Virus record (IMG/VR): IMGVR_UViG_3300020455_000892
Location: 18,032 to 82,031 of that record
Strand: one strand, 5' to 3'
From: a virus
Length of the DNA stretch: 64,000 bases
In this document: one piece after another, positions 20,601 through 29,367 of the stretch
How the letters are laid out: each line of letters begins with the position of its first letter
How positions within the stretch are numbered: position 1 is the stretch's first letter
Program-made: the position numbers and the translations under genes
The notes under the pieces: generated by a model
What the model was told of the DNA's origin: nothing
What the model saw: only the letters and a program-made list of their open reading frames with translations
The model's database searches: none

Positions 20601-21262
20601 GTGCCAACTTCTACCCAAGCTGTACCATTGTAAACTTCTGCTTTGTTATTAGTTGTACTAAAACGTAACATACCAGTTTGAGCAGTACCTGGTCTTTCTG
20701 CATCTGTACCTTGAGGAAGGATAAATGACTCTGTGCTAGCACTAGCATCTATAGTGCCTCCTATAAAAATATTTTTCCATTTTTTAAGAGAACTACCTAA
20801 ATTGTATGTACTATCTAAATTAGGAAGTAAACTGTTATTAAAGTCTGAATTAACGTTGATGCCATCTGTGTCTGCATCACCTATTGTAATATCTCCTCCA
20901 ATAGTAACATTACCTTTTAATTCTGTATTGCCTTCAACTGTAAATTTACCAGTGTTATCAATGCTTACACGTTCTGTGCCAGCAGTAAAGAATTTTATAG
21001 TATCATTATCTAGAGGATTATCAACTTCAATATATGTATCTTGGTCGGCATCGATTACGCCACCAATATTTTTCCATGCTACACCATTGTAGCCTTCAAA
21101 CCTGTTAAGTTGTGAATTAAATCTTATTTGACCTGTAGCCGCTGTACTAGGTCGTTGAGCTGTATTACCAACAGGAATTCTGATACTCCCGTTGGTGTTA
21201 ATGTTAAGTGTACCACTTTGAGTGGTAATTCTATCCTTCTGATGATCTAAATTTAATGCCAT
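17612..21262 (-). CDS. Large modular virion structural/fibre protein (1216 aa)
   Basis: Three P-x-G-(N/T)-x-A-(Q/E)-RP...G-x-x-R(F/Y) modules, three D-x-D-x-DT...F-x-TAGT(E/Q)R modules and four tandem ~52-aa repeats. Confidence 0.75.
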   Translation of the reverse strand: MALNLDHQKDRITTQSGTLNINTNGSIRIPVGNTAQRPSTAATGQIRFNSQLNRFEGYNGVAWKNIGGVIDADQDTYIEVDNPLDNDTIKFFTAGTERVSIDNTGKFTVEGNTELKGNVTIGGDITIGDADTDGINVNSDFNNSLLPNLDSTYNLGSSLKKWKNIFIGGTIDASASTESFILPQGTDAERPGTAQTGMLRFSTTNNKAEVYNGTAWVEVGTTPPVNEAFKTISVTGQDSIVADQAEDILTLVAGTGITISTDATTDEITIENSQVTETFKTISVSGQSDVVADSSTDTLTLVGGTGISITTNPNTDEITIQTVGGGGGSAQNLFDKIAISGQNTIHADNVADTLTFVAGPGMTLTTDDINDRVIFSVSGGSQNVFDKIAVSGQTTVEADSSTDTLTLVAGTGITITTDATTDEITITGVAQYGDSDVDAHLNLSTATTGQALIYDGADYSWGTVGGQITVQDEGTNLTTAATTLNFVGPGVTATGTGATKTITITGGGGGGSGDAITDQDADTHIKVEASADEDKIRFTTAGTERAMIDANGDFIIGDSSSSTFYKLPTVRGTTGQVPVLDANGVATFQTIASGSGTAYYQNNAPTVGVNAGDLWFDTGTTAELYVYTGGEWVSVVSGADTGFIPVNFTANGSTTVFDPVAGDGTVSMVFLNGVLMQKTNDYTESSGVITFLSTPQNGDQIDIIVTGEIVAITLPQLGLSNHTLISIDNAGNLEATSLKAQNLSSTQIPYTAISGELIGSNALYWTGNVFGAVGTGGIQGPTGTTAQRPTPVQGIFRYNTDDQKMEYYDGTNTVWKKLAVEGAGATQDGDGDTKIEFETGTSDNDEMDFFTAGTQRMQIGATGNFAFGASLNKFTIDYTTGATQINGANVHSGNSGVSAGAYGSATLIPIVTVDAEGHVTGVSTVTPTFSPTANSINDTHIDFGTGTNQVSTDDLPEGSTNLYFTQARADLVNDTTPQLGGNLVVNNKTITSTNSGNIVIQPDGTGKVQISGINYPTADGNIDQVLATNGSGQLVFTSVQNLSGSGMQNVNEDTSPELGGNLDVITHQIVSSSGRDIEIMPDTTGNVGIGQTNPLEKLHVDGAIRINGVSTLETAATTLATTTQTAIDTFALTKFRSCKYVIQATDTVSSEYQITEALLVHDGSTAYVSVYGIVMTGSAELFTLDADTNSGNARLLATGASTNSTQYKVIRQSMLV
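19980..20590 (-). repeat. Four tandem ~52-codon intragenic repeats
   Basis: F(KT/DK)I(S/A)(V/I)(S/T)GQ....AD...DTLTLVAG.G.TITTD...DEITI occurs four times; boundaries approximate. Confidence 0.8.
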
Positions 21263-21290
21263 GCATGTCTCTCACAACTGTTTTATATAT

Positions 21291-21824
21291 TTAGTTGTTT
21301 GAGACCGCCATTTGTTTAAAAAGCTCTGTGGCAAAGTCGAAACATATTTTTGCTTCATCTGCCATACTATCATCTAGTTTTGTACGAATTTTGTCTTTGA
21401 GTACATCTACTTCTTCATCAAATTGGTACATAGTTCCTGCACCAGGAGTGCGTTTAGCAATCATTTGTCCACCACTAAGGTCACCCATATGACGTACATA
21501 TATGTGTGCCATAAGTTTGTTAGGGTCGTCTTTGATTGTTAACAAATGATTTGCATACTTTTCAACTACAGGATATATTGTTGGTTTATAATCTGTAAGT
21601 TGTTGTTCTAATTCTAGTATATCGGCATGTATCTTCGGAGCAATAATTACATCAGTGAGGTTATGCAATCTTGCAAAATTTTCTAATATATTATATTGAG
21701 GGTGTTGGTTGTGTAAAAAATCACAGTAACGCTCGGCACTAATACCGCCCATTAGTTCTTTCACAAAATCTTGCCGTTCAGCATTTTTGTGATGTTCCCA
21801 AGTTAGTTCTTTAAGATTACTCAT
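21291..21824 (-). CDS. Heme oxygenase (auxiliary metabolic gene)
   Basis: LKELTWEHHKNAE carries the proximal His; AHIYVRHMGDLSGGQMI is the distal-helix signature; EAKICF near the C-terminus. Confidence 0.9.
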   Translation of the reverse strand: MSNLKELTWEHHKNAERQDFVKELMGGISAERYCDFLHNQHPQYNILENFARLHNLTDVIIAPKIHADILELEQQLTDYKPTIYPVVEKYANHLLTIKDDPNKLMAHIYVRHMGDLSGGQMIAKRTPGAGTMYQFDEEVDVLKDKIRTKLDDSMADEAKICFDFATELFKQMAVSNN

Positions 21825-21829
21825 ACTTT

Positions 21830-21857
21830 AATGTAGCACACTTCTTAGATTTGTCAA
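21830..21857 (-). promoter_or_regulatory. Putative sigma70-type promoter for heme oxygenase (leaderless or near-leaderless transcript)
   Basis: TTGACA-N16-TACATT with a TG extension; the ATG lies 5 nt downstream of the -10 box and there is no SD. Confidence 0.55.
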
Positions 21858-24262
21858 TCTCTTTGAATATTCCAAGTACCACTAACAGTTAACCCACTTC
21901 CGATGGTAAGATCTTTAGCTGTTGTTTCTTTAGTAGTATGACTGTATGTACCACCTTGATATATTACTCTAGCAGTTGCACCTTGAAGTTTATTATAATC
22001 ACCATGTCCTGCATCTGTAGCACCAGTATCTTCTACACCATCATAAAAATCATTTGTAGTGTCTTGATTCTGTAGTGTTGCAAGCCAAGTTTTTATATCA
22101 GCTGTTGACCAACTACGATTGAATTCAACTACTGTTGCAATTAATCCTGCCGCTATAGGACATGCCGCACTAGTGCCACTGAATCTTACATCTCTGCTAG
22201 TACTAGCTGATCCAGTTTGTCCATCACTCCAGGTTGTATTGCCACTTTTACTCACATATGAATTATCATATCTAGGAATGTCAGTACCATAAGTTCCTAC
22301 AGTTGCGGCTAAACTTCCATCTCCTGGTGAAAACAAATCAATCATATTTCCCATATCACTGTAATTTACTTTGCGTTCTTTTGTGCCAGTGGCAAATTGA
22401 TCATCTAAACAACCAACATTAATTGCTGGGTTTGTTCTATTTCCTGGCTGTACAATAATACTACCTTGCATTGCACCGTGGTATTCGCAATTATAATAAA
22501 ACTGTTCACCACCTGTGCTTGATGCTGTACGCTGGTTAGGTGACCAGATTACTGTACCACTTTGTGCTCCGTTACCTGATGCTGTAGGGTAATCCACAGC
22601 ATTTGCTGTGCCTGTACCAGCTGTATGATTGATATAAAAAGGATGCCCGTTAGCACTTACACTAAATTGAACAGTATCTCCTCTGTTAATAGTAACAGTA
22701 GGATTGCTTCCGCTTACACTTCCGTTTCTATCTGTACCACTTAATGTATAAGCACTTGATCCACTTGCGGTTACTGTAATATTAAATGTCTGAGGATCTC
22801 CCCAAGTCGCTCCTGCATGTTGTGGGAACCCTGGTCTATTAGTTGTGGGCATAACTTGATATCCAAATTGATAAATGCCTACACCATCTCCAAAGTGTCC
22901 TGTATTACTAGTATGCCAGTAGTTGTCATAGTCTGGATGATCCCATCGTGTTTGTTTTTGATTACTGTTTCCAGATGCACATACAAAAAGAACACCAGCG
23001 TCAACCATTTCTTTTGCACTTGTTACTATACTTGAATCTAAGAATTCACTTTTCATTCTACCGCCATCACCTGTATCGCCTACATAACGCATAAACTGTG
23101 GTTTGTTGGAATCTTGAGTGTAAGATATTGCACTACCGGTTCTATGAAATGCATAAGCACTACTGTTAGGGGTTGCTCTATATCCCCAACTGTTTGAACT
23201 TATTGTTGGATCTTGTGTTCCGTAGTTTGGATTAACAGGTTTAGCTTGATGAAATATTTTTTGTACGTCCCATACTCTGGTGAGTCCTAATCCATATCCA
23301 CTATATCCATCAATTACCCATTTGTTGGCATTGTATGCCCATCCGTGTGTTCTTCCATATATTTGACTACCACACTGTGTACCATGTGTACCGTCATATG
23401 TATTTGTGTTAAAATCACCGTTTGCTCTTAGTCTTGTATAACCTGATGGTACTGCTACTGTACCATAACTAGAAAAAGCGGCACTTCTATTACTTGTGCT
23501 TCCCCACCAACTTCTAGCTTCTGATTCAGTAGGCACTGTAGTTCCATCCCATCTAGTTTCTAGTCTACTGCCAGGAGCGGCATCAAACCATGCAGGGTCT
23601 ATATAATAAGGACCGTCCAAAACTAAATCTAAACAATCGCATATACCATCACCTGGTAATACATTTCCACCAATGTAATCTTGTGGTGATTCACTAGCTG
23701 GTCGGTTGTTAATAAATTCTATATGTCCAATCCAAGTACCATTGTCCATGCACACAACATCTACATCTTTACCTGTGCCATACTTTTTAATATTAGCATT
23801 TACTGTAAGTGCATCACTTGACCAAATATCTCTTTTTGCTTTTGGACCATTTTCTCTTGTTGTTCTTAATAACTGATATCCACATCTTTTTAAGTCAGTG
23901 ATGTCCGGAACAGAAGGATAATCACTAGCACTTGCATATCGATTCCTATGCTTGACTGGTGCGTTATATCTATAAGTTTCTGTAATCATACAGTGTAATT
24001 CATCAGCAGGTGGTTGAGGATAGTCATCAGGGTTTCTGTCTGGATCTTTATGTAAAAAAGCAATCTGCGGATCTTTTTCTAGTTCTGCCGCTTCCTCTTC
24101 GCTTAACCAAAACACACCTCTTGTAGGACTATGTAATATATCATCAGTTTGCTCTACTTCTCTAGCAATATATGTTGGATCATCAGGATCACGTAAACTA
24201 GAGTCTAGTGCGTCATATTGTTCTTTGGTATGTGTACCTAAATGATAATGAAAACTTGCCAT
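21854..24262 (-). CDS. Subtilisin-like S8 serine protease with inserted cupredoxin-like domain
   Basis: Catalytic motifs DVVCMDNG (Asp), HGTQCGS (His), ASGN (oxyanion Asn) and FSGTSAACP (Ser); insert HPFYI...YYNCEYHGAMQG. Confidence 0.85.
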   Translation of the reverse strand: MASFHYHLGTHTKEQYDALDSSLRDPDDPTYIAREVEQTDDILHSPTRGVFWLSEEEAAELEKDPQIAFLHKDPDRNPDDYPQPPADELHCMITETYRYNAPVKHRNRYASASDYPSVPDITDLKRCGYQLLRTTRENGPKAKRDIWSSDALTVNANIKKYGTGKDVDVVCMDNGTWIGHIEFINNRPASESPQDYIGGNVLPGDGICDCLDLVLDGPYYIDPAWFDAAPGSRLETRWDGTTVPTESEARSWWGSTSNRSAAFSSYGTVAVPSGYTRLRANGDFNTNTYDGTHGTQCGSQIYGRTHGWAYNANKWVIDGYSGYGLGLTRVWDVQKIFHQAKPVNPNYGTQDPTISSNSWGYRATPNSSAYAFHRTGSAISYTQDSNKPQFMRYVGDTGDGGRMKSEFLDSSIVTSAKEMVDAGVLFVCASGNSNQKQTRWDHPDYDNYWHTSNTGHFGDGVGIYQFGYQVMPTTNRPGFPQHAGATWGDPQTFNITVTASGSSAYTLSGTDRNGSVSGSNPTVTINRGDTVQFSVSANGHPFYINHTAGTGTANAVDYPTASGNGAQSGTVIWSPNQRTASSTGGEQFYYNCEYHGAMQGSIIVQPGNRTNPAINVGCLDDQFATGTKERKVNYSDMGNMIDLFSPGDGSLAATVGTYGTDIPRYDNSYVSKSGNTTWSDGQTGSASTSRDVRFSGTSAACPIAAGLIATVVEFNRSWSTADIKTWLATLQNQDTTNDFYDGVEDTGATDAGHGDYNKLQGATARVIYQGGTYSHTTKETTAKDLTIGSGLTVSGTWNIQRD

Positions 24263-24272
24263 TTATATCTCC

Positions 24273-24512
24273 TTATGGGGCAAAAGGTCGCCCGTTTTTT
24301 AATCCACCTGTGTTTGGGTTATCTATCATGCTAGAATGAGTGTTGTCATTTGGTCTATATCTAGTTGGTAATTCTGTTGCATCTGCTGTGGTTACTGCAT
24401 AGCGTCCTGGTGTTACAGTATTTGCATTTGTTCTATCCGTGCTAGCTAGTGCTAGTTTTTGATCTTGCCTATCTCTTTTATAGGTTAGTGTGGATATTCC
24501 GTTCTGTGCCAT
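24273..24512 (-). CDS. Small hypothetical protein
   Basis: 79 aa with an AAGGA SD, within the late operon. Confidence 0.65.
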   Translation of the reverse strand: MAQNGISTLTYKRDRQDQKLALASTDRTNANTVTPGRYAVTTADATELPTRYRPNDNTHSSMIDNPNTGGLKNGRPFAP

Positions 24513-24521
24513 TGTTATTCC

Positions 24522-25199
24522 TTAATGTAAATCTACCCAACTACCATTTGCGTAGCCTTGAAATTTGTTTGTTGTACTATTATAAATCATATCGCCGTCT
24601 GCACTAGTAAGTGCATCTCTTTGGGTTGTAGTAAAACTATGTAACTTTAGAGGAGTATCTGCAACGATAGTTCTTGTTGTTGCTTGTAAGGTAAGTGTTG
24701 TAGCACTAGTTAAAACTGGTGCACCTGCTTGACTACTAGTAAGTGTGCCTGTTACAGTTACATTATCGTCTAGTGTAATTGTTGTTCCACTACTGCTCAT
24801 TGTACTTCCGCTTACAGATAAATCTCCTAATGCGCCACCACCTGATGTTGCATCATCTGCTATTTCCCAATTACCTGAAGTACTATTATATTTTAAAATT
24901 TTGTCATTTGCTACTCCAGTTGTATCTACATCTGTTAGTCCGCCTATTGTACTTGACCCGCCTGCGATTGTAACAGTTTTAGTAGCACCAGTACCACTAG
25001 CTGTAACACCTGCACCAACAAAGTTAATTGTTGTAGCCGCAGTAGCTAATGCACTACCTTCATCTTGAATATTCAGTGGATTTCCGCCACCGCCTCCACC
25101 GCCTGGTAAATTTGTTAAAGCACTTCCATCACCAACAAATGCTGTTGCTGTTGCTGTACCTGTAACATTTATATTTTGTTCAAAGTTTGTTGCCATCAT
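24522..25199 (-). CDS. Virion structural protein, mosaic of fibre modules
   Basis: QDEG...ATTINFVGAGVTA module shared with 17612-21262; LTSSQAGAPVLTSA module shared with 4406-6364; C-terminal GDMIYNSTTNKFQGY. Confidence 0.7.
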   Translation of the reverse strand: MMATNFEQNINVTGTATATAFVGDGSALTNLPGGGGGGGNPLNIQDEGSALATAATTINFVGAGVTASGTGATKTVTIAGGSSTIGGLTDVDTTGVANDKILKYNSTSGNWEIADDATSGGGALGDLSVSGSTMSSSGTTITLDDNVTVTGTLTSSQAGAPVLTSATTLTLQATTRTIVADTPLKLHSFTTTQRDALTSADGDMIYNSTTNKFQGYANGSWVDLH

Positions 25200-25215
25200 A
25201 CACTCCTATTAAACA

Positions 25216-25223
25216 TATTTATT
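25216..25223 (-). promoter_or_regulatory. Late promoter variant AATAAATA
   Basis: Just downstream of the capsid terminator and upstream of the AGGAG SD of 24522-25199. Confidence 0.55.
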
Positions 25224-25233
25224 AGAAATCCAC

Positions 25234-25263
25234 AAACAAAAACAGGGCCCGTAGGCCCTGTTT
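25234..25263 (-). terminator. Rho-independent terminator after the major capsid gene
   Basis: Minus strand AAACAGGGCC-UACG-GGCCCUGUUU followed by U-rich sequence: a perfect 10-bp stem with a cUACGg (UNCG) loop. Confidence 0.9.
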
Positions 25264-25283
25264 CGTTTCTTTGAAAATACCTA

Positions 25284-26444
25284 TTAGGTAAATGCAAGTT
25301 GACCAGTTGTAACTGCGATTTTGCTGAGGTAATCAGCCGCGTTACCAAGTGAGCTAGCCTGGTTTGAAAGCTCTACATAACCATATCTGGTCATAAAGCT
25401 AACTACTGGCTCAAATGTTTGTGGGTCAAGTACTGTACCGCTTGACATCAACGGAATGTATGGGCAATAGAACGCCGCGGCGTCTGTCTCTGTTGCACCT
25501 TTGTAACCAACTAGTACGTCATCATCTGCCGCATACTGGTTTACATAAATTCTCATTGTGCCGTTCAAAGTACCTACAAATTTAGTATTTGTTGGTGCTT
25601 CAAAAGCGCCTTCAGTTGATCTTGCGAACGCTGAAGTTGTAGCACTTTGTAGTACTGTTAGTACTGTTGGGCTTACAACTGCCCAGTTACCAGCGCCACG
25701 TCTTGTTCTTGCGGCGATAGTGTTTGCGTTCTTGTTGATAAGAACTGCAAGAGCGGCATGCTCGTCACCTACGAATGTTGCAGTACCTGATACGCTACCT
25801 TGAGCATATGTATCAGCCGCCGCACCAGCAAGTGATGTTAAGCTAGCAATGATCTCTTGATCGATTTCAGCAGTAATCTCTTGGGCTAGTGCCTGCATGA
25901 TTTCTGCTTCTACGTCCAAGCCATGCATTGATTGTGCATCTTGAGCCGCTTCAAAAGTCCAGCGAGCTGATAGCTTTCTGGTTTTTGCTTCGACTGTTTG
26001 CTTCAATACTTGGATTGAAAGCTTCTTACCACCAAGACCCTCTAGGGCTGAAGTAGCATCTGCTTTGTTAGTACCTGCATTACCTGAATATCCAGTTGCG
26101 ATTTGGAATGGGCTCAATGCCTCATCACCAGCTACAGCTGAATCAAAAGTTTCTGCATAACGCACTCTAAGAGTGTGAATTTGTCCAACAGGGCCTGTCA
26201 TAGGCTGTACACCAACGATCTCGTTGGCGATAACTGTTGGCATGACACGTCTAATCACTGGAAGAATAACCTTGTTAAGTGTCGCAATGTTGCCTGCTTG
26301 AGTAGCACCACCGGAAGCCGCCTCTGAGAGGTACTTCTTAGTGTTTTCAAGCGTAGTTTCCATTACTTGCTTTTTGGTTCCAGTTAGACCGTCAGTTAGA
26401 GCTATTTTAGTTTCGCTCCAATTTTCCATTAAATTGTCTGCCAT
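25284..26444 (-). CDS. gp23: Major capsid protein (T4 gp23-like)
   Basis: LPVIRRVMPTVIANEIVGVQPMTGPVGQI, VEAKTRKLSARWTFEAAQD, AFYCPYIPL and FMTRYG motifs. Confidence 0.97.
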   Translation of the reverse strand: MADNLMENWSETKIALTDGLTGTKKQVMETTLENTKKYLSEAASGGATQAGNIATLNKVILPVIRRVMPTVIANEIVGVQPMTGPVGQIHTLRVRYAETFDSAVAGDEALSPFQIATGYSGNAGTNKADATSALEGLGGKKLSIQVLKQTVEAKTRKLSARWTFEAAQDAQSMHGLDVEAEIMQALAQEITAEIDQEIIASLTSLAGAAADTYAQGSVSGTATFVGDEHAALAVLINKNANTIAARTRRGAGNWAVVSPTVLTVLQSATTSAFARSTEGAFEAPTNTKFVGTLNGTMRIYVNQYAADDDVLVGYKGATETDAAAFYCPYIPLMSSGTVLDPQTFEPVVSFMTRYGYVELSNQASSLGNAADYLSKIAVTTGQLAFT

Positions 26445-26455
26445 TTTCGGTCTCC

Positions 26456-27553
26456 TTAACTTATACCGGCTAATTTTTGAAGGTAAACAATATCAGCTGT
26501 CTTGCCGTCAGCTGATGCTGATGCTTCTGCTTTGTTTCCAGTGATTTCTGTAGTAGATTCACTTAATACCTTCTTTTCTGGTTGTTTAGCGTCTTCCTTC
26601 AAAACTGAAGGGAGATACTTGTTGAATGCATTTTGTAACTTGTCTGTTTTAACACTTTCAAGTAACGCACCCATAATTTCTTTGTGATCTTTGCTGAGGG
26701 GTTGCATCATTTCTTGCATAATTGCTTTTCTTTCTGCTGTGTCTTTAGCAATCCGTACAGTTTTTGCACTTTCTGCTATCATCACTTCCTTATCAGCAAT
26801 GGCTTTATCTTTGTTTTTAATCTCGCCTTGCAGATCTTCTACTACCTTATTCAACTTAGCAACTTCCGTTCCTTCGTTGAGGTAGCTTGACATAAATTCA
26901 GCGGCAAATGTTTCAAATATCTTACGTCCAAAGGTATTTTCTTTGGCTGATTTGATATCTTCACGCAATGTATTAAGTTCTGACTTAATGGTGTTTTCCA
27001 TTATGCCTTCAACTTTCTTTGCGGCTGTGTTTACAAAGTTCTGTTTAGTTTGATTAATAACCTCTTTGCCTTCTTTGATCATTTTGACTTTTGCTTCAAC
27101 TAGTGAGCGTTTGTCTTCATGAAACTCATTGAGCTCTTTAGTTAACTGCTCTAGTACAAATCCTTCCAACTTGGACATATTTGCATCTTGAGCAGAACGG
27201 TCATTACGAAGTTCGTCAATTTCCTTCGCAAGTGTCTCCATCACAAACTTATCAAGAACTTTTGCATGTTCTTTCATGTGCTTGCGATATGCAACACGGT
27301 CTTCGCTGACTTTTGCTTTATCTTCTTTGAACTCTTCGAGTTCTTTTCCGATAACATCGCCAATCATTTTATCCATAGCTTCTACCATTTGCTCTTTGTC
27401 ATTTTCATAACGCTGTGCAAACTCTTCTCTAAGTTCTGCTGTGATTGTCTCACGAGCTTCCGTTAGTTGGGTATCCCAAGCTTCAGATATCGAAGATCTA
27501 ACCTCTTCGGAGAGCGTATTTGAGTTTAATAGTTCATCCATTGCATGAGCCAT
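26456..27553 (-). CDS. Prohead scaffolding protein (gp22-like)
   Basis: Highly charged coiled-coil protein containing FGRKIFETFAAEF, located between the protease and capsid genes. Confidence 0.85.
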   Translation of the reverse strand: MAHAMDELLNSNTLSEEVRSSISEAWDTQLTEARETITAELREEFAQRYENDKEQMVEAMDKMIGDVIGKELEEFKEDKAKVSEDRVAYRKHMKEHAKVLDKFVMETLAKEIDELRNDRSAQDANMSKLEGFVLEQLTKELNEFHEDKRSLVEAKVKMIKEGKEVINQTKQNFVNTAAKKVEGIMENTIKSELNTLREDIKSAKENTFGRKIFETFAAEFMSSYLNEGTEVAKLNKVVEDLQGEIKNKDKAIADKEVMIAESAKTVRIAKDTAERKAIMQEMMQPLSKDHKEIMGALLESVKTDKLQNAFNKYLPSVLKEDAKQPEKKVLSESTTEITGNKAEASASADGKTADIVYLQKLAGIS

Positions 27554-27554
27554 A

Positions 27555-28193
27555 TTAATCTCTCCTGTATCTTAGGTTTTTAATAAAGTTAGTCACCTCT
27601 TCCTGGAGATAACGTTGTGCGCCACGGTCGTGTCTAGTTGCATCAGCGACATCCATCAACACATTACCCCGTCTATGATTCATTATTCTTTCATAGATTG
27701 GATCAGGGTAGGCATCTGGAGCACTTGGATTTGCAACGATATCGACAGTAATGATTTCAAAATCCTTTACTATGCCGCTTTCGTTAACATTGCCACTGCC
27801 TCGGCTTGACACGCCTAATTTTACACCACTCTCCAATAAGGTTTTACAAATATTTCCCATTGGAGTTGGTAAGATTTTTAGCTTGCCGATCCCATTTGCG
27901 CCATCAGTATCCATTTCAGTGATCATGTGACTTACACGATCTAAATTGATATTCAGGTCATCTGGGTGATCAGCTTCGCCTAATACACTATATCCACCTT
28001 TGATTTTTTCATTGATTGCTTTAACTGCACTATGAATTTCTTCTTTGGTGTATATCCTGTTGTTCTGGTTTCGAACATCGCCTTCAATAAAAATACCTTT
28101 CATATACAAGTTCTTACCGTTACCTTCTTCTAATGTTTCAGTAACAATATTCGCTTGATTATATGTTAAGTGTTCTTTTAGCGAGGTCATCAT
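27555..28193 (-). CDS. gp21: Prohead protease (gp21-like)
   Basis: RNQNNRIY, GEADHP, LPTPMG, LGVSSRGSG and DIVANPSAPDAYP motifs. Confidence 0.95.
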   Translation of the reverse strand: MMTSLKEHLTYNQANIVTETLEEGNGKNLYMKGIFIEGDVRNQNNRIYTKEEIHSAVKAINEKIKGGYSVLGEADHPDDLNINLDRVSHMITEMDTDGANGIGKLKILPTPMGNICKTLLESGVKLGVSSRGSGNVNESGIVKDFEIITVDIVANPSAPDAYPDPIYERIMNHRRGNVLMDVADATRHDRGAQRYLQEEVTNFIKNLRYRRD

Positions 28194-28194
28194 A

Positions 28195-29019
28195 TTACTT
28201 TACGCCTTTAATTGGACTATCGGACTTGGTGTCTTCGTCTTTTGCTTTAGGCGCCGCACTTGGTGAACCAGCTTCTTGTGGACCATCAACACCCATATCC
28301 TTAGCCGCTGGAGCAGGTCTACCCTTCTCTTCACCGCCTGGGGCTGAGTGTGCTTTAGCATCGTTAGGTGCTTTAGCTTGTGATGCTACAGGTGAGCCTT
28401 TGTCAGATGTGTCACTGTGTGATACACTAACTGCACTCATTGAAGCGCCTTCTTCAACGGCTTCCACTTCTTCAGTTGCTACTGATTCCATTTCGTCGTC
28501 CATTTCTGGCTCTTCATCACCTGGCTCTTCACCTTGCATTTCTGCAAAAGCGGCTCTAAGTTCGGCAATAGCATCTTCTACGTTGTCCATAGCTTCTTCA
28601 GCGTCTGGGGCTTCTTCGTCGCCCATTTCTTCTGCGTCTGCTTCTGGTTCCATGTCCATAGCTAAATCCATTTCAGCTTCTGGCTCTTCCATGTCGTCGT
28701 CGTCCATGATTTCTTCTTGGTCAATCTCTTCTTCAGCTGTTTCAATGTCGTCTAAGAAATCTTCTTCAGCATCGGAAGCGTCAATCGCTTCTTCTACTTC
28801 ATCCTCAGAATCATCGTCAGCTTCGTCAAGATCGATAGTTTCGTCTAGGTCTTCATCGGCAATCTCGTCTTCTACAATTTCATCATTCTCTTGTAGTGAT
28901 GCCCAATGATTTTTAGCTTTTTCTACAAACACGTTGTGAAGTAGATCAGCCGCTTTATCTTGCTCATCATTAACGATATATTCGAGGACCTTTACTAAAG
29001 ATTCCTTGTGTTCGCTCAT
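28195..29019 (-). CDS. Highly acidic prohead core protein (gp67-like position)
   Basis: Very D/E-rich, AGGAG SD, located between portal and protease genes. Confidence 0.7.
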   Translation of the reverse strand: MSEHKESLVKVLEYIVNDEQDKAADLLHNVFVEKAKNHWASLQENDEIVEDEIADEDLDETIDLDEADDDSEDEVEEAIDASDAEEDFLDDIETAEEEIDQEEIMDDDDMEEPEAEMDLAMDMEPEADAEEMGDEEAPDAEEAMDNVEDAIAELRAAFAEMQGEEPGDEEPEMDDEMESVATEEVEAVEEGASMSAVSVSHSDTSDKGSPVASQAKAPNDAKAHSAPGGEEKGRPAPAAKDMGVDGPQEAGSPSAAPKAKDEDTKSDSPIKGVK

Positions 29020-29163
29020 ATCATTCTCCTTAAAAAATTACAGGCTTACCAAGATGGTTTACATCTATATTTACACAACCAAGACGTTTTGCTTGGAAAA
29101 CACCCTAAAAAATGGGTATTTTATGATTATCTCTCTGAGATAAGTAAATTTTACGTTAAAAAA

Positions 29164-29367
29164 TTACTGTGCAGGGGGTTTTGCATAGATCTTTTTAATC
29201 TTTTCAATACGAGTAGCATGTTCAATATTATGCACTTCTCTTTGCTTTCTAAGACGATTAATATGCTTTAAAGTTAGTCTCTGCTTACGAACATCGTCTA
29301 TCTTTCTGTTACTATAATTGTCTTTTTCTGCATCATAATACTCGTTTAAAATATCTGTACTACGCAT
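29164..29367 (-). CDS. Small head-module protein
   Basis: Likely start at 29367 (AGGAG SD 6 nt upstream): MRSTDILNEYY...RKQRLTLKHINRLRK. Confidence 0.65.
   Translation of the reverse strand: MRSTDILNEYYDAEKDNYSNRKIDDVRKQRLTLKHINRLRKQREVHNIEHATRIEKIKKIYAKPPAQ

Noticed and set aside
67-25068. Numerous 60-180 aa plus-strand ORFs opposite the fibre genes, and similar ones opposite the baseplate genes
   Set aside because: These are antisense shadows caused by codon bias. They lack SDs and recognisable motifs and are nested in real genes.
28163-28909. 248-aa Ser-rich plus-strand ORF
   Set aside because: It is the antisense shadow of the acidic core protein: GAA/GAC-rich codons read as Ser-rich sequence on the other strand.
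29020-29163. Short inverted repeats in the gap upstream of the core protein gene as a possible ncRNA
   Set aside because: The stems are only 4-5 bp, and the gap is adequately explained by a GTAAATA late-promoter variant and leader.
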